Source of the DNA: Mobula hypostoma
Taxonomy: Eukaryota
Reading direction: 5' to 3'
DNA: 64,000 nt
NCBI RefSeq assembly: GCF_963921235.1
Contig: NC_086105.1
Span: 8,928,001 to 8,992,000, forward strand
The position numbers were made by a program, and so were the translations under genes. Numbering within the stretch: position 1 is the stretch's first letter; each line of letters starts with the position of its first letter. Positions 40,985 to 50,714 of the stretch are shown here, in pieces. The notes under the pieces are model-generated. The model ran no database searches and was not told the origin of the DNA. It saw only the letters and a program-made list of their open reading frames with translations.

Positions 40985-41419
40985 AAATGGAGACGCGGAA
41001 TTCAAACCGAACCGGCGACGGAGGCGGTCACCATGGAAACGGGAGGAGGGGGGCGGGACAGGGGTCTGCGCCCCGTCCCCGCCCATTGGCGGTTAGCTTT
41101 TTCCCGCGCACCGTTCGGACTGTTTGTTGTCTTTTGAAGTGAGCGCGGCAGTGACCAATGGGACGCGGCGGAGCCGGTGACGAACGGAGCGCGATAGGGA
41201 ACGGCCGCAGAATTGGCAGCTGCAGTGGCCAATGGAACGCGGCGGAGGCGGTGACGACGGGCGGGCGAAACGAACGGCCGCAGAATTGGCAGCTGCAGTG
41301 GCCAATGGGACGCGGCGGAGCCGGTGACGATGGGAGCGCGAAACGAACGGGCACAGAATTGGCAGTGGTACCGGTGAGAGCGGGAGAGCGGGAGAGCGCG
41401 GAGTGAAGGGCTTGCTTAG
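40985..41419 (+). promoter_or_regulatory. CpG-island promoter and non-coding exon 1 of the Spo12-motif gene, with E2F, CHR, GC-box and multiple CCAAT elements; donor AG|GTAAGT at 41419/41420
   Basis: E2F-type sites TTTCCCGC 41100-41107 and GCGCGAAA 41336-41343. CHR-type sites TTTGAA 41133-41138 and TTCAAA 41001-41006. CCAAT at 41155, 41229 and 41302; ATTGG at 41085, 41212, 41285 and 41358. The 5' splice site is consensus. Confidence 0.75.
41147..41366. repeat. 73-74 bp GC-rich tandem repeat x3, each unit carrying CCAAT and ATTGG
   Basis: Unit GCAGTG(A/G)CCAATGG(G/A)ACGCGGCGGAG..GGTGACGA...GAACGG..CAGAATTGGCAG; CCAAT spacings are 74 and 73 bp. Confidence 0.9.
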
Positions 41420-43103
41420 GTAAGTGAGAGTACCTTGCATGTGAAGCAGGTGAAATACTGCGGGTAATTACTGCCTGCAATTTCACAAAAAAAGGCTCTG
41501 TTGGTCCTGATGTTTGGAAGGTGATAAGTTGTTCTGCGACTTGCTGCTCCCGCTGTAAAGGTTCTTGGTGCAGATACTATTGTATTTTATTTAAAAATCC
41601 TGCAAGAGAATGAATCTGGAGGTACCATAAGGTGACATATACGTAATGCATTTACTTTGACTTCCGCTGCTAAAACAGGTGCAATGTAAAAGCCTACGGT
41701 CCTCTCGTAGACCTGCAGCCAATTCCAGAGTTTATGCATTCTACCTTCATTTACATAACAACTAAAATAGTTTTTCCACTTATGGGGTGTGTGACTTCAA
41801 GCGTTAATGATTCATGTATGTGAGATGCTTGTATAATCATTTACAATGCTCTTGATAATTTATTTTGAAATTAACTGCTGTACTCTAAAACCCGAAGATG
41901 GATTCAGTGCACAAAAAAGACTAAGGGATGACTCGAAAGAGTAGAGCCAATTTGGTGATTTTTTTTGTTGACTGGAACTAAAACGGAATACTGGAAACAC
42001 TCAAGGTCAGGCAGTCTTGCTTTGTTAGAATTAACATTTCAGGTCAAAGGTCCTTTATCAGATCTGAACTATCAACTATTTTTTGCTTTCGAAAGATATT
42101 GCTTGACGCACTGTGTGTTTCCTGCAGTTGGCTGTTAATTCTGTTTTTATTTCAGCTTTCTGTTATCTGCAGTTTTCTTGGATGTTCTTTGTTAACCGTT
42201 TTCCATCGAGGATATGAATGAGACTGCTGCCTCGACAGTCAAATTCAATCCTAACCACTGGTGCTCTGTGGCGATACGTGATCTCATGAATGTGTGGGCT
42301 TCCTCTGGCTGTGGTTTCTGCTAACATTCTGAAGGTGTGGGTTGTTAGATAAATTAGGGCCACCGTAAATTACCCTTGGTGTGTAAGAGTGTAGTTGAAT
42401 CTGGGGAGAGTTGATTAAAGTAGGGGGAGAAATTTTTAAATGAAGTGAAATTAAAGTAGGATGTTCAGCTGTGATGGTATCGGGTTCCCTGTCTGCAAAA
42501 CCTTAAACTAAAAAGATTTTAAGCCCTATCTGGTATAGATATCTATGGGCACCCTCACTCTAGAGGTTATACTGTATCCACCTACTCTTCGGGTACTAGC
42601 TTTCTTCCCTGTCTAATCACTGCAGGGAAGGCTAGCTCTAAGTACCCACTGCTTGAGTGGAGAGTCACCCCTCCCGACGAAGGCAATATAGCCACCTAAC
42701 AGAAGTATTTTCAACAATGTTTATATTATTTTTATTGATACATGTGTAAATTTAGACATAGTTCTTAACACATTTAACACTCAGGATTTCTGTTTTGTGA
42801 AAGATTTGAGTCCCATAGGATTTACAAACTGCAAAGAATTTACAAACGGATACAATTATTACCAATTAAAAGAACATACCAATGAGTTGCAGTTGCGTGA
42901 GTCATCTGTTGCAGAAACTGAAGGTTGAGGAATGAATTCTGGTCTTTCTGTAATTCCCCTTATCATTCTGAACAGTCCCCAATGTTTTCTAATGTTTATT
43001 TAAACGCAAACAACAGGAATTCTGCAGATGCTGGAGATTCAAGCAACACACATCAGTTACTGGTGAACGCAGCAGGCCAGGCAGCATCTCTAGGAAGAGG
43101 TGC

Positions 43104-43139
43104 AGTCGACGTTTCAGGCCGAGACCCTTCGTCAGGACT
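43104..43139 (-). ncRNA. Minimal type I hammerhead ribozyme motif (Penelope-associated)
   Basis: The reverse complement reads AGUC-CUGACGA-AGG(GUCUCGG)CCU-GAA-ACGU-C/GACU. Confidence 0.75.
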
Positions 43140-46100
43140 AACTGAAGGAAGAGTGAGTAAGGGATTTGGAAGGGGGAGGGGGAGATGCAAAATGATATGA
43201 GAAGACAGGAGGGGGAGGGATGGAGCCAAGAGCTGGACAGGTGATCGGCAAAAGGGGATACGAGAGGATCATGGGACAGGAGGTCCGGGAAGAAAGACGG
43301 AGGGGGGGACCCAGATGATGGGCAAGAGGTATATTCAGAGGGACAGAGGGAGAAAAAGGAGAGTGAGAGAAAGAATGTGTGCATAAAAATGAGTAACAGA
43401 TGGGGTACGAGGGGGAGGTGGGGCCTTAGCAGAAGTTAGAGAAGTCGATGTTCATGCCATCAGGTTGGAGGCTACCCAGACGGAATATAAGGTGTTGTTC
43501 CTCCAACCTGAGTGTGGCTTCATCTTTACAGTAGAGGAGGCCGTGGATAGACATGTCAGAATGGGAATGGAATGTGGAATTAAAATGTGTGGCCACTGGG
43601 AGATCCTGCTTTCTCTGGCGGACAGAGCATAGATGTTCAGCAAAGCGGTCTCCCAGTCTGCGTTGGGTCTCGCCAATATATAAAAGGCCACATCAGGAGC
43701 ACTGGACGCAGTATATCACCCCAGTCGACTCACAGGTGAAGTGTTGCCTCACCCGGAAGGACTGTTTGGGACTGTTTGGTGACCATGGACACCTTCACAG
43801 CGATTGCGCAACCACCAACTGCGACTCCAGCCTTGAACTCCAGGCCGGGTCTTTATGTGCTGCTGTTGTGACTCCCGTCTCCCCTTCCCCCACCACCACT
43901 CCGCAGCCCCGTCTTCCTCAGATCCCACTGTCAACTGCTGGGCCCTCAGAGGCACCATCTTCCTCTCACCCCAACCCTCCCCTCTCCACTGACACCCCCA
44001 GCCTCCCCCCTCCCCCCTCTGATCCCAGCTCTCATCTGTGCCGGGTCTTTACCATCCCCTCCGATCTTCAACTGTCGGAGGCAGAACGCTCTGTTCTCAG
44101 TAAGGGCCTCACCTTTGTCCCCCTTCGCCCACACCTCAGTGAGTTCCGTGTTCGCCACGATGCGGAACTTTTCTTCCGCCGTCTCTGTCTCCGAGCCTAC
44201 TTCTTCGGCAAGGACTCTTCCACCCCCACCGATGACCCCTTCTCCCGTCTTCAACCCTCCTCCTCTTCATGGACACCCTGCTCTGGTCTTCTGCCTGCTC
44301 TGGATCTCTTTATTGCTAACTGCCGACGGGACATCAACCGTCTCGACTTTACCGCACCTTGTCCCCATTCCAACCTCACTCCTTCGGAACGCTCTGCTCT
44401 CCACTCCTTCCGCACTAATCCTAACCTTATTATTAAACCCGCCGATAAGAGGGCTGCTGTTGTAGTCTGGCATACTGACCTCTACCTTGCCGAGGCACAG
44501 CGACAACTCGCGGATACCTCCTCTTATTTACCCCTCGATCGTGACCCCACTAAGGAGCACCAGGCCATTGTCTCCCACACCATCACCAACTTTATCCGCT
44601 CAGGGGATCTCCCATCCACTGCTACCAACCTTATAGTTCCCACACCCCGCACTTCCCGTTTCTATCTCCTACCCAAGATCCACAAACCTGCCTGTCCTGG
44701 CCGACCTATTGTCTCAGCTTGCTCCTGCCCCTCCGAACTCATTTCTGCATACCTCGACACTGTTTTATCACCCCTTGTTCAATCCCTTCCGACCTATGTT
44801 CGTGACACTTCTCACGCTCTTAAATTTTTCGATGACTTTAAGTTCCCTAGCCCCCACCGCTTTATTTTCACCATGGATGTCCAGTCCTTATATACTTCCA
44901 TCCTCCATCAGGAAGGTCTCAAAGCTCTACGCTTCTTTTTGGATTCCAGACCTAATCAGTTCCCCTCTACCACCACTCTGCTCTGTCTAGCGGAATTAGT
45001 CCTGACTCCTAATAATTTCTCCTTTGGCTCCTCCCACTTCCTCCAAACTAAAGGTGTAGCTATGGGCACCCGTATGGGTCCTAGCTATGCCTGCCTTTTT
45101 GTTGGGTTTGTGGAACAATCTATGTTCTGTGCCTATTCTGGTATCTATCCCCCACTTTTCCTTCGCTACATCGACGACTGCATTGGCGCTGCTTCCTACA
45201 CGCATGCAGAACTCGTTGACTTTATTAACTTTGCCTCCAACTTTCACCCTGCCCTCAAGTTTACCTGGTCCATTTCCGACACCTCCCTCCCCTTTCTAGA
45301 TCTTTCTGTCTCTGTCTCTGGAGACAGCTTATCCACTGATGTCTACTATAAGCCTACTGACTCTCACAGCTATCTGGACTATTCCTCTTCTCATCCTGTC
45401 TCTTGCAAAAACGCCATCCCCTTCTCGCAATTCCTCCGTCTCCGCCGCATCTGCTCTCAGGATGAGGCTTTTCATTCTAGGACGAGGGAGATGTCTTCCT
45501 TTTTTAAAGAAAGGGGCCTCCCTTCCTCCACTATCAACTCTGCTCTTAAACGCATCTCCCCCATTTCACGTACATCTGCTCTCACTCCATCCTCCCGCCA
45601 CCCCACTAGGAATAGGGTTCCCCTGGTCCTCACCTACCACCCCACCAGCCTCCGGGTCCAACATATTATTCTCCGTAACTTCCGCCACCTCCAATGGGAT
45701 CCCACCACTAAGCACATCTTTCCCTCCCCCCCCCTGCATTCCGCAGGGATCGCTCCCTACACAACTCCCTTGTCCATTCGTCCCCCCCATCCCTCCCTAC
45801 TGATCTCCCTCCTGGCACTTATCCGTGTAAGCGGAACAAGTGCTACACATGCCCTTACACTTCCTCCCTTACCACCATTCAGGGCCGCAAACAGTCCTTC
45901 CAGGTGAGGCAACACTTCACCTGTGAGTCGACTGGGGTGATATACTGCGTCCGGTGCTCCTGATGTGGCCTTTTATATATTGGCGAGACCCGACGCAGAC
46001 TGGGAGACCGCTTTGCTGAACATCTACGCTCTGTCCGCCAGAGAAAGCAGGATCTCCCAGTGGCCACACATTTTAATTCCACATCCCATTCCCATTCTGA

Positions 46101-46620
46101 CATCATCAAAGTTGCTGGTGAACGCAGCAGGCCAGGCAGCATCTATAGGAAGAGGCGCAGTCGACGTTTCAGGCCGAGACCCTTCGTCAGGACATTTTGA
46201 CATGTCTATCCACGGCCTCCTCTACTGTAAAGATGAAGCCACACTCAGGTTGGAGGAACAACACCTTATATTCCGTCTGGGTAGCCTCCAACCTGATGGC
46301 ATGAACATCGACTTTAACTTCCGCTAAGGCTTCACCTCCCCCTCGTACCCCATCTGTTACTTATTTTTATGCACACATTCTTTCTCTCACTCTCCTTTTT
46401 CTCCCTCTGTCCCTCTGAATATACCTCTTGCCCATCCTCTGGGTCCCCCCCCCCCGTCTTTCTTCCCAGACCTCCTGTCCCATGATCCTCTCGTATCCCC
46501 TTTTGCCAATCACCTGTCCAGCTCTTGGCTCCATCCCTCCCCCTCCTGTCTTCTCCTATCATTTTGGATCTCCCCCTCCCCCTCCAACTTTCAAATCCCT
46601 TCCTCACTCTTCCTTCAGTT

Positions 46621-46656
46621 AGTCCTGACGAAGGGTCTCGGCCTGAAACGTCGACT
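46621..46656 (+). ncRNA. Minimal type I hammerhead ribozyme motif, predicted cleavage after C46652
   Basis: AGTC CTGACGA AGG GTCTCGG CCT GAAAC GTC GACT: core CUGANGA/GAAA, stem I AGUC/GACU, stem II AGG/CCU, palindromic ACGU stem III and a GUC triplet. Confidence 0.78.
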
Positions 46657-47764
46657 GCACCTCTTCCTAGAGATGCTGCCTGGCCTGCTGCGTTCACCAG
46701 TAACTTTGATGTGTGTTGCTTTTCTAATGTTTAGCCTGTTTTGCTACTAGATTACGTCATCTGCATGTGATGTTTTCCAGATACTTTTGCTGGGGCAAAG
46801 TAATGCTCATAGATAGTCTAAAAGCTTTAGGATCAATGGTGCAAATAATGTAGTTGTTCCCTGGTTTAATGTAAGCCATTTAACATTGGCCCATTGTCTT
46901 GTGTTTGGCTGAGGCACACAAGAATCCCACTTTAGAAACTTACTGGAATTAATTAAAATATTTATTTAGAAAGGCAATGATGAATTGGGGATAGTTGTGT
47001 CGACTTGCTAAGGAACTGCTGTGATTAACTAACTTTGTTATTCCCAGCTGATGGCAAATTCACTGGGGACAGATATGCTAGCTATAGTCTATATTAAATT
47101 TGTCAAGGTTCCATATAGCAGCCTACTCTTTTTTTTGTACAATTGAACACATCATTAACAGTTAAACACTCAGCAATCTCTCTGGGAGGGGACAGAGATG
47201 GGCTGACTCCTCAACCTCGGGAGGGAGGACAATCTCGTCTGGGCCGAAGTACTTCACACTCGATGACTGTGAGCCCCTTGGCCTCTCTGTTTAAGGTGCC
47301 ATTTGGCCTCCCTAGTTGTCTGCTGCCACGTTCCTCGATCTGGCAGGTGGTGAATGAATGAAAAGCCCACAATGATGGCAAGGGAGACACCACAGAAGAG
47401 AGCACCAGCCTTATGTTCCACATCCACCACAGGGTCTGCAGTTGTCGAACAGGTTGACCTTGCTCACGTGCCAGACACGGAGGCGGGGCTCTTGGGCTAA
47501 TGAAGTGGCCTTCCTTGTGGAGGGAGTGTCCCAGGGACGGGAATTGTGTGGGATAATGGAGAGGCAGTGTGTTTGGGGGAAGGAAACTAAAGAAGCTAAA
47601 ATGTGGTTCTTTTTCCTCAGCTGATGTAGAGAGATTGTTTTGTATCATTTGTTTTCTATATTTATTGATATCTTCAAAGTTGTATTTATCTATAGAGCTT
47701 GTATCTAATAGTCAACCTTAAACAGATTTTTCTTTTTTTTTCCCCTTTTCCTCAGATTTTTGAG

Positions 47765-47856
47765 ATGAGCACAAACAAGGCCTTGACTAAACATAGTGAC
47801 CCAAACCAGCAGCCACCAACTCCAAGTCTAATGAAGAGAAAACGAGCGCAAGAAAA
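47765..47856 (+). CDS. Spo12-motif small protein, coding exon 1 (exon acceptor at 47756): MSTNKALTKHSDPNQQPPTPSLMKRKRAQE(K)
   Basis: Long polypyrimidine tract plus CTCAG acceptor, ATG at 47765, and donor AA|GTAAGT (phase 2). Confidence 0.8.
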
Positions 47857-47938
47857 GTAAGTACTTTGGAAAAGAAGATAACTTGAATAGCCACACTTGG
47901 TGTTGTTTTGGTGTACTTAAATTGTTTTTCATGTCTAG

Positions 47939-48022
47939 GAAACTTTTCAGAAGCCCTACGGACAGCATGTTGTCACCATGCTCACAGAGACTGATGAAAC
48001 CAAAGCACGTCAATCCTACAGA
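47939..48022 (+). CDS. Spo12-motif small protein, coding exon 2: KLFRSPTDSMLSPCSQRLMKPKHVNPT(E)
   Basis: An 82-nt GT-AG intron precedes it. The 84-nt exon is phase 2-2, ends at donor GA|GTAAGT, and contains SPTDxxxSPCSxxL. Confidence 0.85.
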
Positions 48023-48295
48023 GTAAGTTTTATTATTTGCAGTTTTAATGCATCACCATTGTAAATCACAGTCACTTAATTACCTGTCCACATGTTAATT
48101 CAATACAATAAAAATGTTTTTCTAATAAACCTGCTTTCATCACACCCCCTAAAATGGGGCTAGAGCATAATATCTGAAGGAACTGATGGGGGTAGCTTTT
48201 TTTAAAAAATTAAATAATTACGGGAATTTTTTTTAATATAGCAATGTCACTTCGGTGCAGATTGAGATACTATTAGTGGATAGTGGATACTATTG

Positions 48296-48765
48296 AGAGA
48301 GAGGAGATTTACAAGGATATTGCCTGGATTGGAGAGTGTGCCTTATGAGAATAGGTTGAGTGAACATAGCCTTTTCTCCTTAGAGTGGCGGAGGATGAGA
48401 GGTGACCCGATAGAGGTGTATAAGATGATGAGAGGCATTGCTCATGTGGATAGCCAGAGGCTTTTTCCCAGGGTTGAAATGGTTAACACAAGGGGATATA
48501 ATTTAAAGTGCTTGGAAGTAGGTACAAGGGGGATGTCAGAGGTAAGTTTTTCACACAGTGGTGGGTGCATGGAATGCATTGCCAGCAAAGGTGATAGAGT
48601 GGATACAATAGGGTCTTTTAAGAGACTCTTGGATGAGTATGTGGAGCTTAGAAAAATAGAGGGCTATGTGGTAGGGAAATTCTAGGCAGTTTCTAGAGTA
48701 AGTTACATGATCGGCACAACATTTTGGGCCAAAGGGCCTGTAATGTGCTGTAGATTTCCATGTTC
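48296..48765 (+). mobile_element. CR1-type LINE 3' fragment
   Basis: ORF RRFTRILPGLE..YENRL..LFSLE.RRMRGD.IEVYKMMRG. Confidence 0.85.
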
Positions 48766-49298
48766 TCCAGAATTTTGAGTCTGACTTTCTTGTTTGTCAT
48801 TTCTTCGTGATTTTGGCCTTGCAATAATTCCCATTTTCCTCATGTCACTTAAACATTAGCTGTTATTTGCAACTATCTGTTCAAACAATCACCTGTTCCT
48901 CCTGTATTTGTATTTCATTCATCAACATGTACCAGTCTGACATTCGTACTTTGTTTTGCTCTCTCCAACATCTTTTGTTACTGTATTGTAATTAGAAATA
49001 ACATGTTTAAGATAAAGTTCTTCATTCTTGGCTGCTTGATTAACAAAGTTTGCATATAGTTTAAAAAAGATACAGTTGCATATAGTTTTCTCATGGACTT
49101 GATTTCCTAAAGACCCACTTGCTTTTGTTTTAAGGAAGTATCTTGGTAAAACTTATTTTGCCTCATTTTTCAGCAAGGTGCGGGAAGCAAACTTTGCTGG
49201 CAAGCAGCAATGTACAATTTAGTCTTGTGTGCTATTAACCCAAAAATGAGCATAAACAATGTACCTGAAGAATTCTTCACTCTGATTAAGGGCTTTCT

Positions 49299-50062
49299 CA
49301 GTATGATGGACTCTGGTTAATTGGGACCAGTACATTTTGACCCAATTAATCTGCTGGCCCAATTAACTGAAGTTTCATGGAAATAGTTAAAAAGGAATAA
49401 ACAAAAGATGAGCTACTATTTAACTGAGTAATAAATTATGTATTTAAATGAAATACAAATTAGAACACTACCAATACTATTAAGGTACGATAAAACTTAA
49501 ATAGTTGCTAATAGTTATCGACGGAGGAATTCATCCAGTGTTCACTGCTATTTTCTTTTGATTGCCTGTAAATGAACAAAATTAGTGCAGACACCTGGTT
49601 CAGATAATGGACTGTCTTCATACAAGCTATTGACGATTGTATCCTCCAAATCTTTAATTTCATTGTAACATCAAAGAAGATTATCGGTAACTTCAATTAA
49701 TCGTAGGTCCTAACTTGTTACATTAGTGAAAGCATTTTCACTCCTGGCTGTCTCTGGCATCTTGAAATTATAGTGAGCAAAACATTACTGAATTGTCTTA
49801 ATTGCTTATCTCTTGCCAACTATCGGTGACAAAAATCACTTTTTTGAACACAAATACATGCAATTGATGTTATTTATAAACTGTTTGTTTTAAGCGCGGT
49901 GTAGTGTCTAACAAGTGCATGCGATTGATACTAGATCGAAATTATTTGGCAACCGTCTCCTGTCCCAAATAAGTGGCATAGTGTCCCAAGTAAACAAAGG
50001 AAATCCCACCTATTTTCTCCATTAGTTTTTTAAGAGTTGTCCCAATTAACCAAAATCTACTG
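49299..50062. mobile_element. Pogo/Tigger-like non-autonomous DNA transposon
   Basis: Imperfect TIRs ..CTGGTTAATTGGGAC / GTCCCAATTAACCAAAATCTACTG|TA. Confidence 0.6.
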
Positions 50063-50364
50063 TACATGTTTTAAAATGCGGTTGATTTATTGATTGAGAA
50101 GTTCTAGTTCTATCAGCTTAGAATTCTTGTGGTTTGTTGAGGAATTTTGGATCTTATTCCTATCTTCAGTAGTTTGGTAGGAAATGTGTCATTTCTGACT
50201 CACAGTAGAAGCCAACTGAAAGTTTATTCATAAATATGCAATTGGAATGGACACTTTGCCAATGTTAATCTTTTACTGTTAAAACTGTCTAATTGGAATA
50301 TCAAGTTGCTTGACAATGTAAATCTGGGTACACAAGTTACAACCTAATGTTTAATTGTCTACAG

Positions 50365-50473
50365 GTTTCAAAATGGCAAGATTACTGCACAACACGAATC
50401 AATTCTTGACGACAAAGAGAATAACTTCAGTACTCGGGAGCAGAGACTTTCTTTTGGAAGAAATGACAACTGA
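50365..50473 (+). CDS. Spo12-motif small protein, last coding exon: FQNGKITAQHESILDDKENNFSTREQRLSFGRNDN*
   Basis: Branch-like CTAAT at 50344 and a TACAG acceptor. The phase matches and the frame is open to TGA 50471-50473. It encodes DKEN, and AATAAA follows at 50715 and 50760. Confidence 0.72.
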
Positions 50474-50714
50474 TTTTTTTTTGCGTGGTGGTGGGGAAGT
50501 GGAATATAATGTACAGTGACTTTAAGTGCTCTGTACAGAGGAAGAATATATAAGCTCTATTCCCTTAATTTAAATTTCATGTGCACTTCTTTGGGACTAT
50601 ATACACTACTGATGTTTTTATTAGGTAAAAATTATTGTAAGATTATGGGATATAAATCTTGCACTTCCACTTTGTCATACAATGTACAGGTATTTTTTTT
50701 TTGGATCATTCAAA

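Larger units (their letters stand above)
42999..46719 (+). mobile_element. Penelope-like retroelement (Neptune-type RT + GIY-YIG) with an inverted copy of its 3' end at the 5' side; 14-bp TSD
   Basis: ORF 43553..45907 has RT motifs IKPADK, LPKIHK, GRPIVS, TMDVQSLYT, GVAMGTRMGP and RYIDD. After a frameshift near 45730 come the CKRNKCYTC linker and GIY-YIG motifs (GVIYCVRC..LYIGETRRRLGDRFAEH) with a stop at 45961. The TSD TTTTCTAATGTTTA is at 42985-42998 and 46720-46733. Confidence 0.93.

Noticed and set aside
41028-41486. Minus-strand ORFs of 152 and 115 aa (and a + ORF of 82 aa) over the CpG island
   Set aside because: They are by-products of the GC-rich tandem repeat, and the repeated peptides change frame between units. 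The island is better explained as a + strand promoter with a consensus donor at 41420.
43553-43790. N-terminal part of the 784-aa ORF as a real Penelope protein start
   Set aside because: It is read from the inverted copy of the element's 3' end and is only fortuitously in frame with the RT.
47756-50473. Treating the three small exons as extra exons of TMEM19 or RAB21
   Set aside because: TMEM19 already ends with a stop at 33901 and RAB21 has its own promoter and ATG at 57208. These exons have their own ATG, stop, poly(A) signals and upstream CpG island.
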